Origin: Candidatus Omnitrophota bacterium
GTDB lineage: Bacteria > Omnitrophota > Gorgyraeia > Gygaellales > Profunditerraquicolaceae
DNA: 64,000 nt
Direction of reading: 5' to 3'
Assembly: GCA_030693145.1 (NCBI GenBank)
Contig: JAUYBI010000015.1
Location: 8,619 to 72,618 of the forward strand
The notes below the pieces were generated by a model. It saw only the letters and a list, made by a program, of their open reading frames with translations, made no database searches and was not told where the DNA came from. Of this stretch, positions 1-11,207 are shown piece after piece (within the stretch, counting starts at the first letter, position 1; each line of letters begins with the position of its first letter). Position numbers and translations under genes: made by a program.

Positions 1-35
1 GCGGTTTTAGCGTTATTGATTATTTATAATTTATT

Positions 36-160
36 CGCGAAATAAAGAGAAGAATCAAGGGGACGCTTCTATTTTTTCTTCGCGAAGTAAAGAGAAGAAT
101 CAAGGGGACGGTTCTCTTAAGTAAGAGAACCGTCCCCGGGATTTTCGTCCCCGGGATTCC
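36..160. repeat. HpB-family elements upstream of the atp operon: a 35-bp direct repeat (CGCGAA[A/G]TAAAGAGAAGAATCAAGGGGACG[C/G]TTCT, x2), the hairpin GGGGACGGTTCTCTTA-AG-TAAGAGAACCGTCCCC, and a duplicated CGTCCCCGGGATT tail
   Basis: Read directly. The ATG of the b/delta-like gene lies 21 nt downstream. Confidence 0.75.
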
Positions 161-180
161 TTGATTAAAGAAGGGAGCGC

Positions 181-900
181 ATGCTTTTAAATTTATTAAT
201 TATTCAGGGGATTACCTTTATCGGAATATTTATCCTTTTACGTTTTCTTTTTTCCCGCCATTTAAATACTGCCTTAAGCAGGTTAAATACCCTGCATGAA
301 GAGAATTTAGCTAAAGAGCAGCAACTCACAGAAGAACTTAAACGCGCCCAAGAAGAAGGGGCTACCGAGATTAAACGCGCCCAAGAAGAAGCCGGCTTAA
401 TTATTGAAGAGGCGCGTAATGATAGCCTCAAGTTACGCCGGAACCTGGAGGATCAGGCTAAAATCCAGGTAACGAAAATTATTGCCGATGGCAATATTGA
501 AGCGGAGAGATTTAAAGAAAAAAGCATAAAAGAGACAGAGGCCCACAGTTTGGATTTAGCCATGAAACTGGTCGAGCAGCTTTTAAGTGAAAAAGAAAAA
601 GAAAATATGCAGCAAGAGTTTATCTCTGAGATAATCTCTGAGATTGCTAAACTCTCTAAAGATCAATTCAGCATGGTTTCGGATCGGGCCAGGGTGAGCT
701 CCAGCCAGAGCTTGAGGAAAGACCAGAAAGAAATCCTGCAGCAGGTTTTAAGAGAAAAAACCGGCAGGGAGATGATTTTTGAGGAGATTTTAAGAGAGGA
801 TCTCATCGGTGGATTAATTGTTGAAATCGGCGGTTTAGTAATTGACGGGACATTAAAAAATAAACTGCTCAGGATTCTCCCCTATTTTAGAAAAAAATAA
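181..900 (+). CDS. F-type ATP synthase stator subunit: b-like N-terminal TM helix and coiled coil with a delta(OSCP)-like C-terminus (short b/delta-like fusion)
   Basis: 239-aa ORF. One N-terminal hydrophobic helix, then a long charged coiled coil. C-terminal GGLIVEIGGLVIDGTLKNKL resembles the delta-subunit C-terminal signature. It is directly followed by atpA with a 1-nt gap. Confidence 0.55.
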   Translation: MLLNLLIIQGITFIGIFILLRFLFSRHLNTALSRLNTLHEENLAKEQQLTEELKRAQEEGATEIKRAQEEAGLIIEEARNDSLKLRRNLEDQAKIQVTKIIADGNIEAERFKEKSIKETEAHSLDLAMKLVEQLLSEKEKENMQQEFISEIISEIAKLSKDQFSMVSDRARVSSSQSLRKDQKEILQQVLREKTGREMIFEEILREDLIGGLIVEIGGLVIDGTLKNKLLRILPYFRKK

Positions 901-901
901 T

Positions 902-2377
902 ATGCAAATTCAAGCTTTAGATATTAAAGAAGTCGGCAGGGTGGAAGAGGTCAGGCAGGGGATTATCAAGATCAGCGGCCTGCCGAGCTGTTCTTATGGG
1001 GAGGTCATTGAGCTAGCTAATGGCTATAAAGGAATGATTATTGAATTTAATCCTACCGGAGCCTACGGAATTGTTTTTGGTGATGAGCAGGGGGTTAGAG
1101 TCGGGGATCTGGTTTCCAGTAAAGGGGAATTATTAAACGTTCCGGTGGGAGAAAATTTTATCGGCCGGGTGGTGGATGCCTTAGGCAAGCCTTTGGACGG
1201 CCGGGAGGAGATTGAACCGGCAGGTTTTAACCCGGCATTCCGGGAAGCGGCCGGGGTTATGGAACGTGAACCGATTAACCAGGCGCTGCATACGGGAATT
1301 AAAATTATTGACCTTTTAATTCCTTTAGGCAAAGGGCAGCGTGAGTTAATCGTCGGTGACCGGCAGATCGGCAAGACCAGCGTGGGCCTGGATACGATTA
1401 TTAATCAAGTTGGGAAAAATATTATTTGTATCTATTGCTGGATTGGAGGCAATAACGCCGCTTTTAATAAAATTATCCAACAGTTAAAACAAAAAGGTTT
1501 GATGGATTATATCCTGGCGGTTTCCGCTCCTGCCGGAAGTTCTGCCGCCGAGCAGTACCTTTGCCCTTATACCGCCGCTTCTTTAGGTGAATATTTTATG
1601 TATAAAGGTAAAGATGTTTTAGTGGTTTTCGATGATCTGACCAAACACAGCTGGGTTTATCGGCAGATGTCCCTTTTATTAGAGCACGCGCCCGGGCGCG
1701 AAGCGTATCCCGGAGATATTTTCTTTTTGCATTCCCAGCTGATGGAGCGGGCCGGCCGCCTAAAAACTAAATTTGGCGGCGGGTCAATGACCTTTCTGCC
1801 TCTAGCGGAAACCTTACAAGGGGATATTACCGGTTATATTTGCTCCAATATTGTTTCGATGACCGATGGACAGATTTATTTAAATACCAGTCTTTTTCAG
1901 GAAGGGTTTAAGCCGGGAATTGATTTAGAGTTATCGGTTTCACGTATTGGCAGTAAGGTGCAATGTCCGGCGATTAAAGAATTAAGCAAGGGGCTGCGTT
2001 ATGAGTATGTGCAGTTCCGTTCTTTATTGCGCTTAACGCGCTTAAGAACCAAGCTTTCTCCGGAGGCTGCCGCTCAACTACAGCGCGGACGGACTCTTTA
2101 TGAAATTTTAACGCAGGAAAATAATGCTCCGGTTACTCAGGCCGAAGAGATTGCCCTCTTCTATGCTTTTCAGAAAAGGATTTTAGAAGCCTTGGATATC
2201 GCTCAAGTAAAAATATTTAAGCATGAATTTTTTAATCATTTAAAAAAACATAATCAAAGCTTAATTGAGGATTTAGATAGCCGGGGGGAGTTAACCGAAG
2301 AAATTAAGCTGCAGTTAGATAAAGTGATTAAAGAGTTCTTCAGGACCCTTATGCCGGGTGCTAATGAGCCAAAGTAG
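902..2377 (+). CDS. atpA: F-type ATP synthase alpha subunit
   Basis: 491 aa. Walker A is GDRQIGKTS (canonical GDRQTGKT). The sequence is alpha-like throughout, and the gene sits between the b/delta-like and gamma genes. Confidence 0.9.
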   Translation: MQIQALDIKEVGRVEEVRQGIIKISGLPSCSYGEVIELANGYKGMIIEFNPTGAYGIVFGDEQGVRVGDLVSSKGELLNVPVGENFIGRVVDALGKPLDGREEIEPAGFNPAFREAAGVMEREPINQALHTGIKIIDLLIPLGKGQRELIVGDRQIGKTSVGLDTIINQVGKNIICIYCWIGGNNAAFNKIIQQLKQKGLMDYILAVSAPAGSSAAEQYLCPYTAASLGEYFMYKGKDVLVVFDDLTKHSWVYRQMSLLLEHAPGREAYPGDIFFLHSQLMERAGRLKTKFGGGSMTFLPLAETLQGDITGYICSNIVSMTDGQIYLNTSLFQEGFKPGIDLELSVSRIGSKVQCPAIKELSKGLRYEYVQFRSLLRLTRLRTKLSPEAAAQLQRGRTLYEILTQENNAPVTQAEEIALFYAFQKRILEALDIAQVKIFKHEFFNHLKKHNQSLIEDLDSRGELTEEIKLQLDKVIKEFFRTLMPGANEPK

Positions 2378-2474
2378 GGGAGGTTTAAACCTCCCCTACA
2401 GATGTGGATAACTAATGAGCCAAAGTAGGGGGAGAAGTGTCAATTACAGTAGGGTGGGTTTAAACCCACCCTAC
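2374..2474. repeat. Two PalA copies (G-variant GTAGGGGAGGTTTAAACCTCCCCTAC and T-variant GTAGGGTGGGTTTAAACCCACCCTAC) around a 20-bp duplication of the atpA 3' end (CTAATGAGCCAAAGTAGGGG)
   Basis: 26-bp perfect palindromes. The direct repeat at 2361-2380 and 2412-2431 is read directly from the sequence. Confidence 0.85.
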
Positions 2475-2490
2475 TATTGGAAGGACAGTA

Positions 2491-3330
2491 ATGATTCCGA
2501 TTGGGAAGTTAAAGCAGAACCTGCTCTTTAATAAGAATCTCGGGGATTTAATTGAGGTTATGAAGATGGCGGCTACCTTGCAGTTTAATCAGTTCCGCGC
2601 GCATCAGGAGCCCGCGGAAAACTTTTATACTTTACTGAATTCCGCCTATAGCGCATTGCCGCTGGATGAGTCGACGCATAGTTTTTTTAATCCGCCGCCA
2701 AATCTGCCGGGTTTGACTGTTTTGATTAGTTCCGACGGAGGATTTTTAGGGGAACTCAATATTCTTTTAGTCAACCGACTCCTGGATACCAAGCGCCCGC
2801 AGGATGAAATTGTCGTTTTAGGCCAGCAGGGGATCAGTTATCTTAATGAAGCCAAAATTAGTTTTATTAGTTTTGAATCTCCGGGGGATAAGTTAGATAC
2901 CCAGAAAATTGGCCTGCTGAGGGATTATCTGGCGAAACGTTATTTTAAACAACAGATCAGCGGGGTAACTGTAATTTATTCTAAGTTTATTAATATTACT
3001 ACTCAGCAGGTAGAAGTGGAGAACCTTTTGCCTTTAGAGCACAAAGAAAATGTTGTGCGTAAAGGCAAGGAGGTTCTGGTTGAGCCGGATATTAAATCCG
3101 TCCTGGAGGGATGGATTAAATTATGGCTGGATTTTCGTTTTTATCATATTTTCTGGTCAAGTAAACTGGCAGAGCATGCTGCCCGGATTATGCATCTGGA
3201 AGGAAGCTCGCAGGAGTTGACTAAGATTAATCAGCATTTGCATATGGAGTATTTTAAATATTTGCACGGGCTTTCGGATAAGTCGATTCGTGAGCTTTCC
3301 GCGGCGCGCCTGATGAGAAGGAATAATTAG
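2491..3330 (+). CDS. atpG: F-type ATP synthase gamma subunit
   Basis: 279 aa. N-terminal LIEVMKMAATLQF matches the gamma ITKAMKMVAAAKL motif. It lies between atpA and atpD. Confidence 0.8.
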   Translation: MIPIGKLKQNLLFNKNLGDLIEVMKMAATLQFNQFRAHQEPAENFYTLLNSAYSALPLDESTHSFFNPPPNLPGLTVLISSDGGFLGELNILLVNRLLDTKRPQDEIVVLGQQGISYLNEAKISFISFESPGDKLDTQKIGLLRDYLAKRYFKQQISGVTVIYSKFINITTQQVEVENLLPLEHKENVVRKGKEVLVEPDIKSVLEGWIKLWLDFRFYHIFWSSKLAEHAARIMHLEGSSQELTKINQHLHMEYFKYLHGLSDKSIRELSAARLMRRNN

Positions 3331-3342
3331 GGATGTAAATAA

Positions 3343-4853
<1,511 letters not shown>

Positions 4854-6469
4854 GTTAAAAAGAATATGGTTACACAGCAACAGGTTAATGAGGCATTGAA
4901 AGAATCCGGGGATAATGGGGATATGTTGGGCAAGATTTTAGTCAACCGGGGGTTAATTAAAGAAATCGACCTTTTAAAAGTGCTTGCTGAACAGTTTAAC
5001 TTACCTTTCCATTTGCATTTAAAAGAAGTGCATATATCTACTGATGCAATTAAAGCCGTGCCGGCGAAATTCGTCCAGCATTACGGTTTTATGCCGATTA
5101 GCCTGGAGGGGTCGGTTTTAACGGTGGCGGTATATAATCCCATGGATATCTGGCTGGCGGAAAATATCAAATTGAACTTAGGGTTTGCCGTAAAAAAAGT
5201 TTTAGCCACGCGGCGCGAGGTGGAGATAGCCATACATAAATATTATGGCGCAGTGGCCGGGACAGTGGATAAGATTATGGAAGGCAAGGTGAGCGCGGGG
5301 ACGAAATTGATTAAGGATGAGAGCGTGGAAGATATTGAAAAAAACGCCGATGAAGCATCGGTAATTAAGCTCGTTAATCAGATCATCACCGAGGCGATTA
5401 AGATGCAGGCCACGGATATCCACATTGAGATTTATGTGGATAAAGTAGTTTTGCGTTACCGGATTGACGGAGTTTTGCGGGAAATGAAGATGCCCCAGGA
5501 TGCTTATTATATTGAGCCGGCGATTGTTTCGCGGATTAAAATTATGTGCCATTTAGATGTGGTGGAGCACCGCGTTCCGCAGGACGGCCGGGCTAAGGTC
5601 CGGCTCCTGGACGGCCAAGAAGTGGATTTAAGGGTTTCTATTCTGCAGGGTTATTTTGGAGAGAATGTCGTTATCCGGATTTTACCTTCCCATGTACTTT
5701 TAGATTTAGATAAAATCGGATTCCTGCCGCAAGATTTAGATACAATTAATAAGCTTATCCAAAAACCGAACGGGATTATTTTAATTACCGGCCCCACCGG
5801 AAGCGGCAAGACGACTACGCTTTATACCTGTTTGACCCGCCTGAACCGTAAAGAGGTAAAGATCATCAGTATTGAGGACCCGGTAGAATACGCGATCGAA
5901 GGCATCACCCAGATTCATGTCAATCCTAAAGTGGGGCTGACCTTTGCCAGCGCCTTAAGAAGCGTCTTAAGGCATGACCCGGATATTATGATGATTGGCG
6001 AGATTCGCGATTCGGAGACAGCCGACCTGGCCATCCGCTCATCGCTTACCGGGCATTTGGTTTTTTCTACTTTGCACACTAATGATTCTGCTACCGGTAT
6101 CGCCCGGCTGATGGACATGGGGATCCAGCCTTATTTATTAGCTTCTTCGGTAGAGGCAATTATCGCTCAGCGTTTAGTGCGTTTACTTTGCCTGCAATGC
6201 AGAGGCAAAGGATGTGAAGCTTGCAGTGAAACAGGATTTAAGGGCCGCCGGGCAATTTATGAGATTATGACAATTGATGATGATATACGGAATTTAATTA
6301 TTGAACATAAGAGCGCGCAGGAGATTAAAGCTAAGGCCCGCGAAAAAGGTATGCGCACGCTGATGGAAAACGGAATGCTTTTGGTGGAACAGGGATTAAC
6401 GAGCAAGGAAGAAATTTTACGCGTAGTGGAATTGGAGTGATATTCGTCATTGCGGGGAGCAAAGTAGAG

Positions 6470-6509
6470 TAGAGGAGGTTTAAACCTCCCCTACAGATGT
6501 GGATAACTC
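6470..6509. repeat. PalA copy (GTAGAGGAGG..CCTCCCCTAC) with the CAGATGTGGATAACT tail
   Basis: Palindrome with one arm mismatch. The tail contains TGTGGATAA. Confidence 0.8.
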
Positions 6510-6522
6510 GGGGAAAATAAAA

Positions 6523-7746
6523 ATGCAATTTAAATATAAAGCCAAAAAGAACTTAAATGAGATGGTCGAGGGCAATATCGAAGGAATCAGCGTCAAAGGA
6601 GTGCTCGAGGATCTTCAGGAGCAAGGCCTGGTGCCGATTTGTGTTGAGCCATTGGCGATACCCGCGGCTTCGGAAACGCTGAACTTAAAAAGCAAAGCGA
6701 AATTAAAAACCGGAAAATATGGCTTAAAACAGTTAGTTTTATTCACGCAAAAACTCTATAATTTAATTAATTCCCGGGTAGAGTTATTAAGCGCCTTAAG
6801 GCTGCTGGAAAAGAATTCTGATAATCAGACGGAGAAAACATTGCTCGCAGAGATTATCCGGAATATCAAAGACGGCGTCCCGTTTTCCGCGTGTTTGGCC
6901 CGTTATCCGCAATACTTTCCCCGGCTTTATATTAATATCGTGCACACCGGGGAGTCAACCGGAAAGCTTAAAGATGCCTTAATGCAGCTTTTAGAGCATT
7001 TACGCCGGCTCCAGGATTTAAAGTTAAAAGTTAAGCAAGCCCTGGCTTATCCGATATTTATGAGCCTGGTCGGCGTAGGCACAATTTTTGTGATGCTTAC
7101 TTTTGTCCTTCCGCGCCTAGCCGGAATGTTTGATGATTTCCAGGCCAAGCTTCCTTTACCGACACTAATCCTGCTGAAGATCTCTAATTTTTTACAAAGT
7201 TATTGGTGGGGGATAATTATTTTAATGGCGTTGGTTGTTTTTGCCTTAAAGCTAAAGCCCGCGGGCAAAGAAAGCATTTTTAACCGGTTAAAATATTATA
7301 TTCCGGTGGTTAAAGAGATTGTTTATAAACAGTCAGTGGCTAATTTTTCGCAGAGTTTATCTTTACTTTTAAAAAGCGGAGTAAATCTACTTTCCGCGTT
7401 AGCCGATGCCGGCCCGATAATCGGAAATCCGGTTTATATCTTACAATTAGAACAGGTACGCAAAGATATTGGGGAAGGGGTTCCTTTTTCCGCTGCCCTG
7501 GAAAAATTTAAAATCTTCTCGGATTTTTTTGTGCAGATGATTCGTGTCGGTGAAGAAGGGGGAAGGCTGGATAGCGTGCTTGCGGATATCGCCGAGTCTT
7601 ATGAGAAAGAGATAGAGGCAGATTTAAAAATCGTCAGTTCTCTTATCGAGCCGGCAATAATTTTAGTTCTGGGTTTAGTGATTGGGGCAATGGTGATTGC
7701 CATGCTTTTGCCGATATTTAATATGAATAGTATTGTTGGTGGTTGA
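6523..7746 (+). CDS. gspF: Type II secretion / T4P inner-membrane platform protein (GspF/PilC family)
   Basis: Two GspF repeat domains with TM segments. The upstream in-frame start of the ORF track (6499, GTG) lies inside the palindromic repeat. The ATG at 6523 gives MQFKYKAKK.., a typical GspF N-terminus. Confidence 0.8.
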   Translation: MQFKYKAKKNLNEMVEGNIEGISVKGVLEDLQEQGLVPICVEPLAIPAASETLNLKSKAKLKTGKYGLKQLVLFTQKLYNLINSRVELLSALRLLEKNSDNQTEKTLLAEIIRNIKDGVPFSACLARYPQYFPRLYINIVHTGESTGKLKDALMQLLEHLRRLQDLKLKVKQALAYPIFMSLVGVGTIFVMLTFVLPRLAGMFDDFQAKLPLPTLILLKISNFLQSYWWGIIILMALVVFALKLKPAGKESIFNRLKYYIPVVKEIVYKQSVANFSQSLSLLLKSGVNLLSALADAGPIIGNPVYILQLEQVRKDIGEGVPFSAALEKFKIFSDFFVQMIRVGEEGGRLDSVLADIAESYEKEIEADLKIVSSLIEPAIILVLGLVIGAMVIAMLLPIFNMNSIVGG

Positions 7747-7750
7747 TTAT

Positions 7751-7807
7751 TCTTTTCGTCATTCCCGCGTAAGCGGGAATCTGATCCCCGCTTTCGCGGG
7801 GATGACA
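7751..7807. repeat. Nested double-hairpin element (GTCATTCCCGCGTAAGCGGGAATC..ATCCCCGCTTTCGCGGGGATGAC)
   Basis: Read directly. Its minus-strand translation gives the spurious RKRGSDSRLRGNDE peptide. Confidence 0.7.
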
Positions 7808-7833
7808 ATTTTGCTGTCTCTATTTAACTAATT

Positions 7834-9207
7834 ATGAGAACGAAAGTAATCGTTGAGCTCGTAGAATCATGCCTGAAAGTCTGCATTGGCCGCAAGATCG
7901 CGGTTGAATTTCTATCTAATACTGAACCTGCCTTTATTTCCGCGGCCTTAAGCAAGATATTAAAACAAAACAGATGCGGCAAGGATTTTGATGTTTTTGT
8001 AGTGTTTAACCGCAATAAAATAACCGTGCGCCGCGTAGAACTGCCTTCGCAAGACCCCAAGGAAATCGAACAGATGCTGGGCTTGTATCTTATGCGCCAG
8101 ATACCTTATCAGAAAGAGGAGGTTTGCTGGTCATACCAGAATTTAGGGTTTGATGGCATAAGTAACAGCCATCTGATCTTAGCCGTGGTTTTAAAAAATG
8201 TTTTCAAGAACATTGTCAGTTCTTTTGTTCCGGTAAATATTCTTCCCGAAGCTATTTTAATGAGCTCTCAGGGGTTGATCTATTATGTAGTTGATGCCTG
8301 CAGAAATAAAATTGATTTGCCAAATTCGTATATGATTTTAGATATTGATACAAATTACAGCGATTTGGTTTTGGTGTATAATCAAAAATTGGGCTCTAGC
8401 GTCGTAATCCCCCAAGGCGCTGAGCAGCTGCAGGACCCTTTGGAAAAAGAAAAATTTGCCGCGGAATTTAAGCAGGCCCTGGGGGCTTTAAATAATGAGA
8501 TACCGGATGCCCGTTGTGAGAAAATATTTTTAACCGGCTCAGCGAGTTCTTTAGTATTGTTTGTGGAAAATATTTCAGCCCAGGATTTTAATTTGAAGGC
8601 CCAGTATCTTTCTTTTAAGGAATATGATAATTTCCTGGCCCATAGCTTAAAAGACATTTCTTTATCCGCGATATTGGGTTTTAGCACCCAGGTGGCCAAG
8701 GATGACCTTAAATTTATTCTTCCGGAAATCCAGATCAAGAAGGAGATGAAGCTTAAGTTAAAGCAATTAATGATCTTGGGAGTGAGCCTGATCTATATTT
8801 TAATTATGTTGGGCGGGATTGCCCTAGTCCGGCTGGCTCAGCGGCAAGCATATGCTTTGAATTTAAAAAATAGGGTTGCATCTTTAGGCAAGGATGTCAA
8901 AGAGCTGGAGGATATTACCAGTAAGTTAAAGATTGCCCGGCAATACGCGGATGCTAAATCCTCGGCGTTAACTTATCTTAACGGTTTGAACCGCTTGTGC
9001 CCGGATAATATTATTATTACCAATTATAATTGGGAATTAGGCAAGCCGTTTACCATTAGAGGTTATGCCCAGGCAATTCCGGATATTTTAGATTTTACCA
9101 ATACCCTGGGAAATACGGAAACCTTTAAAGGCGCGCAGAACCGTTATACGCGTAGAAGGAAATTAAAAGACAAAGATGTGATCGATTTTGAGATTTTTGT
9201 AAAATGA
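7834..9207 (+). CDS. GspL-like / PilM-PilN fusion-like assembly protein
   Basis: 457 aa. A cytoplasmic region of about 300 aa with an actin-like (PilM-like) flavour, one TM helix (LMILGVSLIYILIMLGGIALV), then a periplasmic coiled-coil domain. Sits in the gspE-F-.-G operon. Confidence 0.5.
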   Translation: MRTKVIVELVESCLKVCIGRKIAVEFLSNTEPAFISAALSKILKQNRCGKDFDVFVVFNRNKITVRRVELPSQDPKEIEQMLGLYLMRQIPYQKEEVCWSYQNLGFDGISNSHLILAVVLKNVFKNIVSSFVPVNILPEAILMSSQGLIYYVVDACRNKIDLPNSYMILDIDTNYSDLVLVYNQKLGSSVVIPQGAEQLQDPLEKEKFAAEFKQALGALNNEIPDARCEKIFLTGSASSLVLFVENISAQDFNLKAQYLSFKEYDNFLAHSLKDISLSAILGFSTQVAKDDLKFILPEIQIKKEMKLKLKQLMILGVSLIYILIMLGGIALVRLAQRQAYALNLKNRVASLGKDVKELEDITSKLKIARQYADAKSSALTYLNGLNRLCPDNIIITNYNWELGKPFTIRGYAQAIPDILDFTNTLGNTETFKGAQNRYTRRRKLKDKDVIDFEIFVK

Positions 9208-9734
9208 GAAAATTAAATAACAAGGAAAAAATATTAGCAGCTGCGATCGGGGCCCTGTTGATTTTGCTGGCGCTTAAGGTTTTTGTTTTGGGCCCGATTT
9301 ATGATAAGACGGGTATTTATTCCAGCGAGATTGAACAGGCCAAAGTAACGATCCGCAAATATACGGCCTTAGAGCATAACCGCATGGAGATCCTCAAGGC
9401 CCAAAAACAGATTGAAGGGTATTCCAGCCTCAAGGGCTCGGATGAAGATAAGTCCGCGATGGTGATGAGCAAACTGGAAGCCGAGGCCAGAAGGTCTAAG
9501 CTGCAGATATTGGATATGAACTCCACCGGGGTGACTAAGGTTAAAGGCGGGGTAACTCTTTACCGGGTTAATTTAAGTGCTGAGGGCCAGTTAAAAGATT
9601 TTCTGGATTTTATTTCCGGGATTGAGGGGGCAAATATCCTGTTGCAGGTGGAGAAGATTACTTTAGCGGTTAAGGGTGAAAATACCGGATTATTAAAAAT
9701 TGATGTGGTGATTTTAGGAGTCGCTTTTGCTTAA
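9204..9734 (+). CDS. GspM/PilO-like bitopic inner-membrane protein
   Basis: 176 aa. N-terminal TM helix followed by a periplasmic domain. Its start overlaps the upstream stop (ATGA). Operon position after the GspL-like gene. Confidence 0.4.
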   Translation: MRKLNNKEKILAAAIGALLILLALKVFVLGPIYDKTGIYSSEIEQAKVTIRKYTALEHNRMEILKAQKQIEGYSSLKGSDEDKSAMVMSKLEAEARRSKLQILDMNSTGVTKVKGGVTLYRVNLSAEGQLKDFLDFISGIEGANILLQVEKITLAVKGENTGLLKIDVVILGVAFA

Positions 9735-9859
9735 TAAGCAGGGGAGGTTGAAACCTCCCCTACAGCTGTTAATAATCAACTATGGAGGATACTTTTGCTT
9801 AATGAGTAGGGGAGGTTTAAACCTCCCCTACAGCTGTTGATAATCAACTAGGGAGGATA
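9724..9859. repeat. 68-bp tandem duplication, each unit holding a PalA copy (GCAGGGGAGGTTGAAACC.. and GTAGGGGAGGTTTAAACC..) plus a CAGCTGTT(A/G)ATAATCAACTA tail
   Basis: The two units, 9724-9791 and 9792-9859, differ at about 5 positions. The first unit includes the gspM-like stop codon. Confidence 0.8.
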
Positions 9860-9861
9860 CA

Positions 9862-10260
9862 ATGAAGCGAGGTTTTACTTTAATTGAGCTGATGCTCGTG
9901 GTTATTATTATCGGCGTTTTATCGGCGATGGTTGTGCCGCGGCTTGCCGGAAGGAGCGAGCAGGCGCGTATACAAGCGGCAAAAACGGATATTAATTCCA
10001 GTATCCCGCTGGCGCTTGACCTCTATGAAATGGATACGGGCCATTATCCGGAGCTGCTGGATTACCTCAGGATTAATTCGGGGTTAGGCGCGGAAAGCTG
10101 GCGCGGGCCATATTTGAAGAAAAAACCCATGGATCCCTGGAATAAGCCGTATAGCTATAAATCCCCGGGTGAACATAATCAGGATGGTTATGATCTTTTT
10201 TCTTCCGGCAGTGATGGGCAGCCGGGGACAACGGATGATATTGTAAACTGGGGTGAGTAA
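9862..10260 (+). CDS. gspG: Major pseudopilin, type II secretion GspG
   Basis: MKRGFTLIELMLVVIIIGVLSAMVVP prepilin cleavage/methylation N-terminus and the typical GspG C-terminus (GYDLFSSGSDGQPGT.DDIVNW). RBS gggaggat. Confidence 0.85.
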   Translation: MKRGFTLIELMLVVIIIGVLSAMVVPRLAGRSEQARIQAAKTDINSSIPLALDLYEMDTGHYPELLDYLRINSGLGAESWRGPYLKKKPMDPWNKPYSYKSPGEHNQDGYDLFSSGSDGQPGTTDDIVNWGE

Positions 10261-10645
10261 GTTGAAGGGGTTTACATTAGTGGAGATAATGATCAGCGTG
10301 CTTATACTGGGAGTGGGTTTGACCCTGGTGGCCAATTCTTATCTTGTCGCTTTAAAAGGGGTAAATGCCGTTGCCAGTAATCTTGAAGCCTTGAATTTGG
10401 CTAAAGAGAAACTGGAGGCGCTGGAGGTTTTAAGTTTAAAAGACGGTTTGCTTGCTTCTAATACCAGTGAGGCCATAAAAACTCCTGCCAAGAATTATAA
10501 TTTTACGCAGGCAGTCGTGGAGATAACCCAGCCAAAAGTTTTGGCTGAGCACCTCGTGCAGGCCTGCTTAACGCTCAACTGGCAGGAACAAAATTCCGTA
10601 AAAAATGTTACCATTTCTACGTATCTATCCAAGCAAAAAAAATAA
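10253..10645 (+). CDS. Minor pseudopilin (GspH/GspI-like)
   Basis: GTG start. N-terminus KGFTLVEIMISVLILGVG is a prepilin-type motif. 130 aa. Confidence 0.6.
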   Translation: MSKLKGFTLVEIMISVLILGVGLTLVANSYLVALKGVNAVASNLEALNLAKEKLEALEVLSLKDGLLASNTSEAIKTPAKNYNFTQAVVEITQPKVLAEHLVQACLTLNWQEQNSVKNVTISTYLSKQKK

Positions 10646-11207
10646 ATTAAACTCAGGCGCTTTTACTTTGGTTGAGCTGCTGATCGCTGTTTCTATCTTC
10701 TCTGTCGTCAGTATTGCCATTTATTCGACTTTTAGTTCAGGGGCCGCTATTTTGCGCCGGGTAAAAAATATTGACCTTGCCCAACAAAGGATTTTACTCA
10801 AAACTGAAAGATTTTCCCGCGAGTTAAGGGAACAGGCCGTTTATAAAAAAAAGTTATTTTCAGGAACCAAAACAAAAATTATTTTTCCGGGAAATTCTGA
10901 TTATCTTCCCTGCCGGATAACTTATTATTATGACCCCTCCTCTTTTTGCCTGATGCGCGTCGTGGACAAACTAAGCGCAATCATCACCCCGGAGGGGAAA
11001 GTGGATGCGGAATTAAAATCAAAGCCGCAGGTTTTTTTATCCTCAATTAAAGAAGCAAATTTTTCCTATCTCTTTCTGGATTTAAAGAAGAATGTATATA
11101 GCTGGACAGAGGAATGGCGGCAAGATTATCTTCCTCTGGCGGTTAAGCTCACTATTATTAGCGAAAATTATGAACATGCCTCGACAATATTTTTACCCAC
11201 AGCATAA
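10605..11207 (+). CDS. Minor pseudopilin (GspJ-like), prepilin-type N-terminal domain
   Basis: SGAFTLVELLIAVSIFSVV prepilin-like motif. The leader before Gly is unusually long and the start codon is uncertain. About 180-200 aa. Confidence 0.45.
   Translation: MLPFLRIYPSKKNKLNSGAFTLVELLIAVSIFSVVSIAIYSTFSSGAAILRRVKNIDLAQQRILLKTERFSRELREQAVYKKKLFSGTKTKIIFPGNSDYLPCRITYYYDPSSFCLMRVVDKLSAIITPEGKVDAELKSKPQVFLSSIKEANFSYLFLDLKKNVYSWTEEWRQDYLPLAVKLTIISENYEHASTIFLPTA

Noticed and set aside
7599-7808. 69-aa minus-strand ORF (…SSPRKRGSDSRLRGNDE…)
   Set aside because: It is the translation of the nested-hairpin repeat at 7751-7807 and the antisense of the gspF 3' end, a well-known repeat-derived pseudo-ORF.
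8382-8738. 118-aa minus-strand ORF
   Set aside because: Antisense to the GspL-like gene, with no motifs.
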